Positions 20,225-31,700 of a stretch of DNA of 49,292 bases are shown in pieces; position 1 is the stretch's first letter, and each line of letters opens with the position of its first letter. The translations under genes and the position numbers were made by a program. The DNA is from Nitrospira japonica (lineage in GTDB: Bacteria > Nitrospirota > Thermodesulfovibrionia > Thermodesulfovibrionales > SM23-35), in the NCBI GenBank assembly GCA_020725385.1, contig DYFC01000016.1:1-49292 (forward strand), written 5' to 3'. A model generated the notes under the pieces. That model was not told where the DNA came from. It did no database searches and was given only the letters and a program-made list of their open reading frames with translations.

Positions 20225-20283
20225 ATCCGTTATCCGCAGTCCGTTGTTCGTTAATCGTACAAAAACGGATACGAGGAACGGTT
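20225..20283. repeat. 7-bp-period degenerate microrepeat with inverted copies
   Basis: ATCCGTT ATCCGCA GTCCGTT GTTCGTT AATCGTA, then AACGGAT and AACGGTT. Confidence 0.7.
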
Positions 20284-20301
20284 ATTTGTGCGATGCCTGT
20301 A

Positions 20302-20622
20302 TTATTCGGGTTTTGTTATATCATTGAGCCATTTGAGATATTCGTCTGAACCTGTAATTATTGGTAACGCTATAATTTCTGGCACAGTATAACTGTGAAG
20401 TTCTTTTACTTTCTTAGAAAGCTTTTCAAAAAGATGTTTCTGTGTCTTAGCAATCATTAAAACTTCAGGGTCATCTTCTATCTTCCCTTCCCAGCTATAA
20501 ATAGACCGGATATTTTTAATTATGTTCACACAGCCGGCAAGTTTTTCTTCTACAAGTATTCTTGCGATTTTTTCCGCTTCTTCTTCCTTTGAAGCAGTTA
20601 TATAAACAACAATATTTTCCAT
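20302..20622 (-). CDS. cutA: Divalent-cation tolerance protein CutA (start reassigned to 20622)
   Basis: LAGCVN, SIYSWEG, HSYTVPEII, YLKWL; GGAGGT SD before MENIVVY. Confidence 0.93.
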   Translation of the reverse strand: MENIVVYITASKEEEAEKIARILVEEKLAGCVNIIKNIRSIYSWEGKIEDDPEVLMIAKTQKHLFEKLSKKVKELHSYTVPEIIALPIITGSDEYLKWLNDITKPE

Positions 20623-20845
20623 TCCCCTACCTCCAGCTAAGATAATTATAAATATTGTGAAAACCTTCTGTGTTATTCCGGACAAAGCGAGAAATCTTAT
20701 AAAAGACCATTCATGTAATTTGATTTTATAACCTTAGCGCATATCTTGGAATAAAAAAACGTCTCATTCTTATTCAACTTGCTCTTATTATCTATAAAAA
20801 TTACAAAAATACTTCATAAGTATTTTATGAATAAAGCGGGTTAAG

Positions 20846-23800
20846 TCAATGAGATTTTTGTTCGTCTATATATTGTTCTGTTTTTTTGTTTTGATCTCTT
20901 ATTATCTCTTTAATTTTTTCAATATTCAATGAAGGAGAAGATGAATTCCCGGTCTCGCCGTAAGGTGCGGGTTTGTTTTTGTTTTGTGTTGCTTTACCAA
21001 CACCGGTACTGTAAACAGAATTCGCCCATGAGCCGCCACAAATCTGATTTGGGTTGCCAGAACACTTCATATCACAATTGTTTGCTGTTCCTGATTTTCC
21101 GTAACTATTTCCGCAAAAACACCATGAACTACACTGGGTACCTGCGTAAGCAAAACCTTTTTCTATGCAAATCGATATACACATCTCTGTTGTCATTTTT
21201 GAGTCATTGAGAACAAATTCCGAAATATCCCGGCCTCCTGTTCCGTAAGGATCTCCCTGGTCCCTATAACAGCCAAGATATTTGTATCTATCGGTCCTGG
21301 GAATTTGTTTTTCTTGAGAAATTGTACCAATAGAAGATTTATTAATATAATCTTCAACAATTTTAATATGGCTTGCTTTTGCATCTGTCGGTAAGCATTC
21401 ATAACTTGCTTTGAATTTTGCTAATGCCTCCTGCAAACGATTCTGCTTTTGTAATATAGCTCCTTCATTCCATTTTTGAGCACAGAGATTAATCTCATTT
21501 ATCCTGTTTTCTACTTTTACAATATGATCTTCAAGTGCAACGTTTGGCCATATCTTTACACTTTCTCTGTATTTATTCAGAGCTTCCTGTAATTTGCCCT
21601 GGTTCTGAAGCACACCTCCTTCGTCTATTAGTTTCTTCGCATTTGCCTTTGCTGCCTCCATCTTTCTGACATAGTCTTGTCTCATAGTATCAGGCCAGAT
21701 TTTTATACTCTCCCTGCATTTTGACAAAGCTTCTTCCATCTTTTTTTGGTTATAGAAATTCGTACATTCAGACCACAACCTATCTGCTGTTTGTGCCCTG
21801 TTTTGTATATCAGCTATCCTGTCTTCAAGTTCCTTGATATGGCTTTCAAGCTTTGTATCAGGCAGGTATTTCAGACTTTCCTTATATTTTGGAACTGCAT
21901 CTGTCAGTTTTCCTTGTTTTTCGAGCGAAATGCCTTTGTTTCTAAGCATGTTTGCAGTTTCTATATTATTCTGCTGTTCCTGCATCATCTTATACGCTTT
22001 GCTTTGGAGTTCGACATAATGTGTTCGCTCCGGGTCTGTCATACTCCAGTAGTTCCTTTCATCAATAAGCCCTTCTTTCAAGGATTCATATGCTCCTTTG
22101 TAATCACCGGCGCTGAATCTTTCTTCACCTTTTCTGAGTACTCCCCTCTTTTTTCCCTTAATAGCTTCCATTTTTGCAGTCCACTGCTCTATCTGCTGTA
22201 ACTTCTGAGCATCCACTGGCTGAAGTTTCATTGTCTGCTGAATATTCTTTATAATTTCTAATGCATTACTGAAATTTTTCTCATCGTTAGCCTTCTGTAC
22301 TTCGTAAAACCTGTCTCTGACCAGGGTGTTATACTTTGTTATCTGATTTCCAATGTAATGTTGCACTTCCCAAACCGGTTGATATTTACCGTATTTATTG
22401 AAAATCTGTGTAAAAGACTTCTGGGCTGCATCGAATTGCGCCTGATCTGTAAGATCTTTGATATTCTTAATCTCTCTAAGTATATACTGTCTTTCCTTTA
22501 TTAATTGAGCTGCAAGATTTGACGCTTCAATGTTTTTCGGGTCAAGCTGTTCTGCCTCTTCTGCAGCTACAATCGCTTCATCAAGCTTCCCCTGTTTTGC
22601 AAATTCTTTGGATTTTGCAAGTTTCTCCGATGCCTCTTTTCTCTTGTTTGAATTTTTCATTTCTTCCTGAGAAATTGTGATATTGACGCTACGGGAAACA
22701 CTACCTATCTCTGCCTTTATGCCTTCAATCTCTTTTGTTACGGTAACACTGGCAGTATAGGTGCCGGTGAGACTGCATTTGAAAGTCAAATCCTGTGTTA
22801 TGTCATTCATAAGGGTACATCCTTGCGGGAAAACTGTCCATTTATAATTCACGCCGTCCAATTTGGGCAAGACCTCCGCTCTCATAAGGATGTCATAATC
22901 AACGGCAAATTCATAATCTACTTCAACATTACCGCATGATCGTGCACCACCGGACCGGGTATCGCATTTCCATATTACAGGTTTGGACTGGCGGTATCTG
23001 GGTTCGGATATTGTTACAGTATAAGGTGAAGCCGTATACTCATCTGATATTGCTCCACCAATTGGGGTTCTGTAGTAAGGAACTTTCGGCGCAACAAGAA
23101 GTTTGACAGGTTTTGCATCTTTTGGTATGAACCCGATTTTTCCAGCGTTAGCCTCATACTGTTTTCTTTTTGAGAATTCAGGCTCAGACCATTCATAATC
23201 AATCAGCTTTGAATCGATATCAGGGTCAGTTTTCAGGGTTGCACTTATCTCCTGACCGACCTTTCCCCTTCCCTTGTCAGGATCAAAAAAGAGCATGAAT
23301 TTAGGCGGAACAACGTTCACTTCATACTGCGGTGTTTCAAAGCTTTCTGTTTTGTCTTTTTCAACTATTGCCCATATCTTAACTTTGCCGTTGTCTCCCA
23401 TACTGTTGAACAGGGCAGTTGTCGGACCTTCACCTGAAGGAGGGTCAAACTGGATATTTGGCGAAGATTGCCATGTAACAGTAATTCCTGAAGACCCTGT
23501 TTTCGGACGGCACCTTGTTATGGATTTTGTCTTTCCTTTCTCCAGAGCAGGACAACTATAGCAACCGTTCCAATCCTCTTCGTTCGGGTCGTACGCCTTT
23601 GCACATTTCAATCTCTTCATTTCGTCCTCGAATTTCTTTAATTCAGAAGATGATGCTTTATCGGTGCCCGGAATTTTTGCGATTAATGTGTGCTTTGTCC
23701 CGTATACAACTTGTTTAGGCAGTCCTTCAATAGTTACCTCTATACTCTCAACCTTCAGAGTTATCTCACCGTTTGCTTTCTTCCCTTCACTATCGAACAC

Positions 23801-26800
23801 TGTAACAGATATAACATAATCGCCCTTTTTCTGTGATACAAACTGAACGTTTGCACCACTTCCTGAAACATTTTCGCTCCATTTGTAAGTATAGGGCGAC
23901 TTGCCTCCGGAGGCTACTGCTAATATAGTTGCAATATTGCCGGGTTTTAGGGTTATCCTGTTGGTGCTTAGCTCTACAGTCAATCCGTCTTCTTTGTCCG
24001 GATCAACAATATCAAGGCAATAACTCTGGTATTTAACAGGTGGCTCAACTTTTATAGGGTAAGGTCTCGGCAGGCCATATTTACTTGCCGTGTCTTCTAT
24101 TTTCTGTAGTCTCTGCTCTATTATACCTTCTTGCAGTGAATGAATAACCCGCGGCATCTCGGTCTCTATTTTTTTAATCCGGTCCTGCTGTTTGTTGTGG
24201 AGGTTTTTTGGTTCTTTTATACATTCGTCAAATTCACCGCAATATTTTGGACATGCCCCGCCTGTACTACATTGCCTGCACCGCACTTTTTCATCTGTAA
24301 GTCTGAAGAGGGCCTCCCGCAGTTTCCCGAATGCCTCTTCATCAGCTTTCCTGAGAGAATCAATATAGGGTTTATAACCCTGTATCCATTCCATCATCTC
24401 CTTCTCAATTTTTTCAAGACCCTTATTGATTGCTTCCAGAGTGCTCTCAATATTCTTGCTGTCTCCACTTAATAGTTTTTTCTTAAGTTCAATAAGTTTT
24501 CGCCAGTCTTTTTCTTTTTCTATTTTTTCCTTCTCTATTTTTTCTTTTTCAAGCTGTTTCTTTTCGGGTTTTTTTCCTTCAGTGTCTTTTTTGTCAGGGT
24601 TACAGGCTCTCTGGGTCTCTGGTTTTTCTTTTTCAATACAGCCCTCAGGTGTTTTTTTGATTAACTTGCGCGTCTGTATTTTTTTAATTTTGTCACATTC
24701 ACCCCAGTCAGTGTATTGATAGGTGCATTCTGAAATTTTCAAATTTTTAAGATATTCTTTGTATTGAATTAGCCTTTCATTAATTGCTTGCACTGTATCA
24801 GCTTCACAGGTATCAATACTCCTCTCTTTGCAATCATCAAAGAGATGCTCAATTTCAAAACCAAGCTGTGCAAGCTTCTTAAGGTGTTCAAGTTCCTCTT
24901 TGCTCTTCGGGTTATGTCCTAAGGCATCAGAAAGATCTGAGTCAATTTTCCGGCCCCTGTTTCTATGTGCAGGAAGGGCAGCCTTTGCCTTATCGAGATC
25001 ACTCACTATATCAAGTGTTAGCCTCGGTGCACAATTCTTTCTTCCTCCTATAATCATCTTTAAAGGAGGATTTATCATCTTCTGCCAGTCAACTCTGTAT
25101 TCCTCGGTCCATAGTTGTATAATCTGATCCTGCATCCTCTTAATCTGACTGTAGGCATCATAATATTTCTTATAAACAAATACACCATAGTAGTCCTTGT
25201 TTATCTGAGACTGTACTTCCTTTTTTATTGCATCCATCATGCCATTATTCAGTCCTCTCAGGTCAGAAAGATCGTATCCGGCAAGATTTAGATCAGATTC
25301 AAGCTTTTCTAAATCTTTTACAAGTTTTTCCAAATCCTTAGGTGGTGTTGCAGACGCCTCAAGAAGATAAAGCAAGGATTTCCACATCTGCCTTTCAACC
25401 TGACTCTCCATCTGGGAAATCATCTCTTCCCTTTTTTGTGCAAGCTTTTGACCTGCAAGATTGGTAAATGCAGGAGCATTGTTCTTGTTTTCAAGAATCA
25501 GAACAGCGGCAAGCAGGTCTTCGTTGTGTGAAAAATATTTTCTTAATTTAGCATATTTCGCCTTTTTGCCAGATAAATCCATGCCATCAAGGCCGAGTTT
25601 CTTTCCTATGTTTGTTTCCCCGGCATCTTGCAATGTTTCATCGCCTTTGTCCACAAAATCACTGCCGTATCCATAGCTTTTTGGACTTCTCGGGATGAGA
25701 GTCAGCCAATACCGGAATTCAGGCAATTCATCTCCCGATATAAGGTTTTCACCCTTCATGAAGAAGTCGGCAAAATTGTCTGCCCGCTGCTGCAGATCCG
25801 GTGAATATTTATATTCTAAGATATCACCGTATTTGGAACTGGTTTTAATACCAATAACATGCCCTGTTTTAGGGTCAAAATTTATCTTGCTTCGCATCTT
25901 ATCGAGATATGAAAGAAATTCCTTGTCTCTCATTAATACATCAAAACGCTGAAGTTTTTCACCCAGTCCCCAGAATGCACCTATAGTGGGAAAATAATAA
26001 AACGCAAATGATTTTATGGCAGGCCCTGTATCTCCTGTCTGGTATGCCTGCAGTATGCCCTCGGCAACTGAAAGGCTCGGGAAGTCACCTGTGGCTTTTA
26101 TCTTTAAAATAGCACCCGCTGCTTTAACAGCACCTTTTGCATGGGTGTCCTCATTCATATAAGCATCGTATACACTAATGGCCTGGTCTGCAAAGTCAAG
26201 GGATTTTAAAAGTTTGCTCCCCTCAATGGTATTGGACCAGTCTTCATTAAAGTCTTTTATTTTTTTGTGTATCTTCGCAAAAGTCGGCAGACTTTCTCCC
26301 ATGTTCTGGTAATCTTTTTTGAGCCTGTCATATCCTCTGGCAAGTGATGGATATTTTTTCCGCAAATCTTCTATGAATTTACTTACTTTCTCCTCTGTCC
26401 ACTTCATCTGCTCTCTGAGATAAATGCGAAGATCCCGTGCATCATCCGGTGAAAAAATATACTCGATAATCCCTTTGTTTATCTGGTAGTTTTCCTGCCT
26501 TAATGCTTCTATAAGGTCATCCATTGTCTGTTTAACAACATCAGCGCTCCATTTGTCACCCTGCCTGAGTTTCTCTGAAAGCCATATAATGTCTTTTATC
26601 CCGCCCTCGGGGTAATCACCGACATGATGTTTATAGGTCTCAAGTTCCTCATGCATCTGTTCGAGCATATCGTCCAAATTCCTGTTTCTTCTACTTTCAT
26701 CTTTTACTGAGGCAATCTCCCTCAATCTCAGTGCAAGTGCTACTTCTGCGTTCTTGACAATTGACTTCTTTGAGCGCACAAGCAGTTCATTTATAGCTCT

Positions 26801-28027
26801 ATCAGAAGCTTCTTTATCTCCACCGCTTATTTCCGCTAATTTTAGTTTGTCTTTGTATTTTTCAAGAACCTTTGCCATCTCAATAGCAGCATCCCTTGCC
26901 TGTTTTGCCTTTGTCAGTTCCACAGCAAATTCACCAAGCATATGGTCATTGTCATCAAAGGGATCCCACTCACCTCTATAGGCTGCTGTTGCCTTTTGAT
27001 TGTAGAGATAGCTCCTCTCCACATACTTCATTATCTTTACCAGTTTATCGATTCCGCTGTAATTGCCCTTTTCTATGTCTGCTATTAGATGCCTTGACAT
27101 CTCAAGGCTCAACATAGGTTCTGTTTGCATAGTAACTTTTGGAGGGTCAAAATCCCGGGCCTCCATAAATGCTCTCCACCAGAAAAGCTGGCTCCCGGGC
27201 ATCTCTTTGGTCACTATATCAACAACCTTAATTCTGCCACCCTGCTTCCTTATTTTTTTTGCTTCATCAGGAGCAATTAATCTGCCGTCATCGAGTTTCA
27301 GAAGAATCAATTTCCACTTGCCTCTTGAAAGCAGATCCATCTCCGCAAATGTCTTTCCCCATTCACCTATAAATACTTCTGATGATGCTTTACCGTGAGG
27401 AGTTATCAGTGCATCCATATTTATCATTATTCTCTCATCAGAGACACCGGTTATCTTTTGAAGATTCTCTTTAAACATATCCCTCAGTTTCATGTTAAGA
27501 TGGTCGTCTGTCGACAGACTGCTTAAGTCAATATCTTTATCGAATTGAAGGGTCTTTGTCTGCATCTTTACCCATGTTCCGATATCCATCTCTCCGTATA
27601 TCGTTCCTATTGCTTCAGGATTATCGTTATAAAATTGTATCAGGGTATCTTTTAAAACCTTTTGAACAATCAATGCCCTGCCCATCATCAACGCACGCTC
27701 AATACCAATATAGTCGGTATTCCAGTTAGGCAATTTCCCTCTCAGGGATTGATATGCCTGTGTACCTTTTTTCATGGTCAGCAGTTCATTGAAAAATGAG
27801 CCTGTCTCCGCTATAAGCCTGCTTTCATCCTGGCCAAGCTTTACAGTTTCATTATCTTTCGCCCTCATCATCTTGTTTGTAATTTCAGGCATATGAGATT
27901 TGTACCTGTCAAGAAGGGCAATAAGCTTTTGTTCTTCCTCTGAAATGTTACCGGCTGCATAAAGAAAAGTATGGAGAGATAATAGGATAAAAAATACGCA
28001 AGAAAAAAGAGAAAAGTTTTTTTTCAT
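20846..28027 (-). CDS. Giant secreted multidomain protein (2393 aa): unknown N-terminal region, TSP1-like, PKD/Ig-like, TPR array, WSC domain
   Basis: Signal peptide; [11 protein letters not shown]...QTR...C...QRAC; [11 protein letters not shown]...SVTVFDSEG; TPR-like helices; YLGCYRD...MTTEMC..C..KGFAYAG.Q...CFCGN...C...[11 protein letters not shown]. Confidence 0.85.
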   Translation of the reverse strand: MKKNFSLFSCVFFILLSLHTFLYAAGNISEEEQKLIALLDRYKSHMPEITNKMMRAKDNETVKLGQDESRLIAETGSFFNELLTMKKGTQAYQSLRGKLPNWNTDYIGIERALMMGRALIVQKVLKDTLIQFYNDNPEAIGTIYGEMDIGTWVKMQTKTLQFDKDIDLSSLSTDDHLNMKLRDMFKENLQKITGVSDERIMINMDALITPHGKASSEVFIGEWGKTFAEMDLLSRGKWKLILLKLDDGRLIAPDEAKKIRKQGGRIKVVDIVTKEMPGSQLFWWRAFMEARDFDPPKVTMQTEPMLSLEMSRHLIADIEKGNYSGIDKLVKIMKYVERSYLYNQKATAAYRGEWDPFDDNDHMLGEFAVELTKAKQARDAAIEMAKVLEKYKDKLKLAEISGGDKEASDRAINELLVRSKKSIVKNAEVALALRLREIASVKDESRRNRNLDDMLEQMHEELETYKHHVGDYPEGGIKDIIWLSEKLRQGDKWSADVVKQTMDDLIEALRQENYQINKGIIEYIFSPDDARDLRIYLREQMKWTEEKVSKFIEDLRKKYPSLARGYDRLKKDYQNMGESLPTFAKIHKKIKDFNEDWSNTIEGSKLLKSLDFADQAISVYDAYMNEDTHAKGAVKAAGAILKIKATGDFPSLSVAEGILQAYQTGDTGPAIKSFAFYYFPTIGAFWGLGEKLQRFDVLMRDKEFLSYLDKMRSKINFDPKTGHVIGIKTSSKYGDILEYKYSPDLQQRADNFADFFMKGENLISGDELPEFRYWLTLIPRSPKSYGYGSDFVDKGDETLQDAGETNIGKKLGLDGMDLSGKKAKYAKLRKYFSHNEDLLAAVLILENKNNAPAFTNLAGQKLAQKREEMISQMESQVERQMWKSLLYLLEASATPPKDLEKLVKDLEKLESDLNLAGYDLSDLRGLNNGMMDAIKKEVQSQINKDYYGVFVYKKYYDAYSQIKRMQDQIIQLWTEEYRVDWQKMINPPLKMIIGGRKNCAPRLTLDIVSDLDKAKAALPAHRNRGRKIDSDLSDALGHNPKSKEELEHLKKLAQLGFEIEHLFDDCKERSIDTCEADTVQAINERLIQYKEYLKNLKISECTYQYTDWGECDKIKKIQTRKLIKKTPEGCIEKEKPETQRACNPDKKDTEGKKPEKKQLEKEKIEKEKIEKEKDWRKLIELKKKLLSGDSKNIESTLEAINKGLEKIEKEMMEWIQGYKPYIDSLRKADEEAFGKLREALFRLTDEKVRCRQCSTGGACPKYCGEFDECIKEPKNLHNKQQDRIKKIETEMPRVIHSLQEGIIEQRLQKIEDTASKYGLPRPYPIKVEPPVKYQSYCLDIVDPDKEDGLTVELSTNRITLKPGNIATILAVASGGKSPYTYKWSENVSGSGANVQFVSQKKGDYVISVTVFDSEGKKANGEITLKVESIEVTIEGLPKQVVYGTKHTLIAKIPGTDKASSSELKKFEDEMKRLKCAKAYDPNEEDWNGCYSCPALEKGKTKSITRCRPKTGSSGITVTWQSSPNIQFDPPSGEGPTTALFNSMGDNGKVKIWAIVEKDKTESFETPQYEVNVVPPKFMLFFDPDKGRGKVGQEISATLKTDPDIDSKLIDYEWSEPEFSKRKQYEANAGKIGFIPKDAKPVKLLVAPKVPYYRTPIGGAISDEYTASPYTVTISEPRYRQSKPVIWKCDTRSGGARSCGNVEVDYEFAVDYDILMRAEVLPKLDGVNYKWTVFPQGCTLMNDITQDLTFKCSLTGTYTASVTVTKEIEGIKAEIGSVSRSVNITISQEEMKNSNKRKEASEKLAKSKEFAKQGKLDEAIVAAEEAEQLDPKNIEASNLAAQLIKERQYILREIKNIKDLTDQAQFDAAQKSFTQIFNKYGKYQPVWEVQHYIGNQITKYNTLVRDRFYEVQKANDEKNFSNALEIIKNIQQTMKLQPVDAQKLQQIEQWTAKMEAIKGKKRGVLRKGEERFSAGDYKGAYESLKEGLIDERNYWSMTDPERTHYVELQSKAYKMMQEQQNNIETANMLRNKGISLEKQGKLTDAVPKYKESLKYLPDTKLESHIKELEDRIADIQNRAQTADRLWSECTNFYNQKKMEEALSKCRESIKIWPDTMRQDYVRKMEAAKANAKKLIDEGGVLQNQGKLQEALNKYRESVKIWPNVALEDHIVKVENRINEINLCAQKWNEGAILQKQNRLQEALAKFKASYECLPTDAKASHIKIVEDYINKSSIGTISQEKQIPRTDRYKYLGCYRDQGDPYGTGGRDISEFVLNDSKMTTEMCISICIEKGFAYAGTQCSSWCFCGNSYGKSGTANNCDMKCSGNPNQICGGSWANSVYSTGVGKATQNKNKPAPYGETGNSSSPSLNIEKIKEIIRDQNKKTEQYIDEQKSH

Positions 28028-28067
28028 TATATCCGTGATTTATCCCCCTTTTCTGAGGAGGAATTTT

Positions 28068-28179
28068 TGTCTGTGGTCTATAATCTGTTGCATCTTACCT
28101 GTTAAATCGTACCCCTTCTTGCATCGTGTCTCCTGTCCATGGTCTGTTGTTTCGTAAATATCGTATCTTGCATCCTGTT
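28068..28179. repeat. Degenerate ~7-bp-period microrepeat upstream of the giant gene
   Basis: TGTCTGT GGTCTAT AATCTGT ... TCTTGCA TCGTGTC TCCTGTC ... TATCGTA TCTTGCA TCCTGTT. Confidence 0.5.
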
Positions 28180-28204
28180 AAGGCAATATCTGTATTATAT
28201 AGAT

Positions 28205-28708
28205 TTATCCTTGCTTTTTCGACAATTTTATATAATACTCCATATCCAGCAACCTTCTTTTTATAGCCGGGCCTGCTGAAAAACCACCTATTGAACCATC
28301 TGACTCAATTATACGATGGCAGGGAAGTATAATAGGAACCGGATTTCTGCTAAGAGATTGTCCCACAGCTCTTGATGCATTTGGATTACCAATTTTTTCA
28401 GCAAGCCATTTATAAGTGCGGGTTTCTCCAAACGGAACTTCTTTTAATGCAAGCCATACTTTATGATCAAAATCGGTTCCTGCAGTAAAATGTACCTCCT
28501 GACTAAACACATCAAGGCCGTTATTAAAATATTCTCTCAATTCACGATGGATGGCATGTTTGGATGAAGGTTTTAAAGGTATATTTGATGGCTTATCAAA
28601 TCTAATTCCGGTTAATTTTTTACCGCTAAAAATTAAATATAAAATTCCTATAGGGCTGTCGAATATCTCGTAGAAGGAATCAATATTGCTCGACCTCTTC
28701 TTCTTCAT
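28205..28708 (-). CDS. ogt: Methylated-DNA--protein-cysteine methyltransferase (start reassigned to 28708)
   Basis: VPFGETRTY, RAVG, NPVPIILPCHRII; GGAG SD before MKKKRSS. Confidence 0.93.
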   Translation of the reverse strand: MKKKRSSNIDSFYEIFDSPIGILYLIFSGKKLTGIRFDKPSNIPLKPSSKHAIHRELREYFNNGLDVFSQEVHFTAGTDFDHKVWLALKEVPFGETRTYKWLAEKIGNPNASRAVGQSLSRNPVPIILPCHRIIESDGSIGGFSAGPAIKRRLLDMEYYIKLSKKQG

Positions 28709-31700
28709 ATTGCTCCCTTGAATAGACCTCAACCCTATCTCCACCTTTTGTAAACGCCCTCGCCAGAGCTTTTTCAGCGCATAAAATAAATTCTTCCGTG
28801 GATTGACCATCCAGAAAAGTCAGCCCTATGCTTGCGGTTATGTGTCCTTTGGGCTGTGAATTCTCAAATATGAAAGGATAGTTCTTAATTATTGCATTAA
28901 ACCTGTTACTCATTGAGAGTGCAGCGGATACAACTGTGTTAGGCAAAATAATAGCAAAGGAATCACCGCCGTATCTTACAACAACATCCGAGCCCCTGAT
29001 ATTCTTACGTATCAACTCCGCAACTTTCTTTAAAGTAATATTTGCATAATATTCACCATATTGTTTGCTGTATTGACTGAATCCGTCAAGATCAAGAAGA
29101 AGTAGATTCAACGGAATTTTATATCTTGTCGAACGTTCAACTTCCTGTGCAAGTCTTATTTGAAAATACCTGTGGCTGAATACTCCTGTAAGTTCATCAA
29201 TCAATCCTGCTCTTTTCGGATAAAGTATTTCGAGTTCTTTAATGTGTCCCACAAGTTCTTTAATATTAAAGGAATATTTTTGTACTATTCTTTCAATTTT
29301 TCCTACATAAGCAATTCTGTCTTCAACAGAAATGTCTTTTTCCGTAAGTATAAATATTGGTATGTCTTTAGTAGAAGGATGCTCTTTGATTTCTTTGATA
29401 ACGTCATATCCGATCATATCCGGCAATTTAAAATCAAGCAGTATTACCGCGGGTCTTAATGCTGATGCGAGTTCAATCCCTCTTCTTCCTGTTGTAGCTG
29501 TATATATAAGAAATCCCTGTTGTTCAAAAGGGTCTTTTAAAGATTTTGTGACTTTATCATCCGATTCTATAATCAAAACAGAAACCGGAAGAACTTTTTT
29601 ACCTTTAGAAATTGTTATTTCTTCAAGTTTTGATATTAAAGCTTCTCTTTCAAGAGGTTTAAGAAGATAATCGGTGGCACCGAGCGCAAAAGCTAGTTCT
29701 TTATTATCAACTATTGAATGAATTATTACCGGTATCTCGGAAGTTGTACGGTTGCTTTTTAAAGCCTGCAATACTTCCCACCCGTCTTTTTTGGGCAATA
29801 ACACGTCAAGGGTAATCGCAAATGGCTTTAAATCCTGTGCTTTTTCAAGAGCTTCATCTCCGTTAAAAGCATGAGCAACTTTATAACCAGCCTGTGTGAG
29901 ATTGAGGGTAAGGAGTTCGGCTGTGGATAAATCATCTTCGACTACAAGAATAAGAGGAGCTTCTTCTTTTGCCCACGGAGTATTAAGGATAATCGCCTCA
30001 TTTTTGATTTTTTCTGATTCAGCAGGCAAAGGCGTAGTCATTGGAATAGAGAAAGTAAAAGTGCTTCCTTCTCCGAGATTGCTCTCAACAGATATATTTC
30101 CTCCATGTAACTCGACGAGTTTTTTCGTTAAGGCAAGTCCGAGACCAACACCACCATATTTTTTTGAGAGTGTTGATGTCGCCTGTTCAAATTCATTAAA
30201 TATCTTCTCTATATCCTCAGGGCTAATACCTATGCCTGTGTCCTGAACCGAGAATTTTATGCTTTGAAATCCTGAACCATTTCCTGAATAATCTGTACCC
30301 ATCCTACCTTCACCGGAAACATCCACTTTGACCAACCCGCCTTCTGGTGTGAATTTAATTGCATTTGACAGCAGATTGTAGAGAATTTGTTTCAATTTAA
30401 CACGGTCGGCTGTTATCAGATTTACACCTTCCCCTACCGAAACCATTACTTCAATAAACTTAGCTTCAGCAAGTGGCTTCATGACATTTATTATTTCGTT
30501 CATGAGATCATCAACAGGCATGGTCTCGTAAACCATTTCGTATTTCCCTGCTTCAATTTTCGCAATATCAAGTATATTATTTACTAATTCCAAAAGATGT
30601 TTGCCGGAGTTATGTATATTCTTAAGATAACGTTCCTGATGTTCTGTAAGGTCACCAAAGGTTCTATCGAGCAAAACTTCAGAGAATCCGAGAATTGAAT
30701 TTAAAGGAGTCCTTAATTCATGACTCATATTTGAAATAAATCTTCCTTTAAGCTGGTTTGCATACTCAAGGTCTTTGTTTATTCTTTCCAGTTCTCCTGT
30801 TCTTTCAAGTACTTTTTTCTCAAACTCCTCTTTAATACATTCGATAGATTTTTCTTTTTCTAAAATGGTTTCTTTTAATTCTTCTTCGTTTTTTAAACTA
30901 TGTATAACAAATAACCAGTCGAATTTTCCCCCGTTTTCTTTTTTTAAAGCAGCAGCATTTATTTTTACAGGAATTTCCCCTCCGCCTGAAATAAGTAATC
31001 CCGAGTCGAATTCTTTAATAATATTACCTGATGAAAGCTTATTAAAAATCTGTTCCCAGTAATTCGCTTTCATGAGTGATTGAATAGATTTGCCGAGTAA
31101 ATAATTTTTTGAGTAACCAAGAATTTTCTCGACTATCTCGCTTGTTGCATAAATCTTTCCTGATGAATCTGTTAAAAGAACAATATCAAAAGAGTTTTCT
31201 AAAAATAGAATTTCTTTATTCTTGAGTTCTTCTAATTTTTCTTGAATATTAAGTTTGTCTATAAATATAGACAAAAGGCCGGCAATGAGCTTAATAGATG
31301 TCTTTTGCCGGTCCGAATATTGACGGGGTTTAAAATCATCGAGATATAATATGCCCACAGTATTTCCTCTGAGAACAATAGGACATGCGAGCAAAGAACG
31401 TATTTTTTCACTTATTAACGATGGATTATTTTTTGTATATTCTGTTTTTGTTGTATCCGATATAGCAATTATTTCTTTTGTTTTTATTATAGTATCCGCA
31501 AGGCCTCCCTGTATGATTCCTCCGGATGTACTTTCAATAAATCTTTTACTCAAACCTTTGCTCGCGATAAGGTTTAAACCATTGTCTTTTAGTAGAACAA
31601 TACTTCCGGCAGGAGTGTCTGTTATTTCAATTGCCCTATCAAGAATGAAGTTAAAAAAATCACTTAAAGGAGGAAAGATTCCAATTTTTTCTGTAATGTT

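Noticed and set aside
20623-20685. Hydrophobic in-frame extension of cutA as a third dual-start case
   Set aside because: TTG start with no SD; hydrophobic codons are expected by chance in AT-rich DNA
24505-24560. 15-bp repeats encoding EKEKI
   Set aside because: Ordinary low-complexity charged linker
28709-28810. N-terminal extension of ogt
   Set aside because: It lies inside the kinase gene; the SD-supported ATG is at 28708
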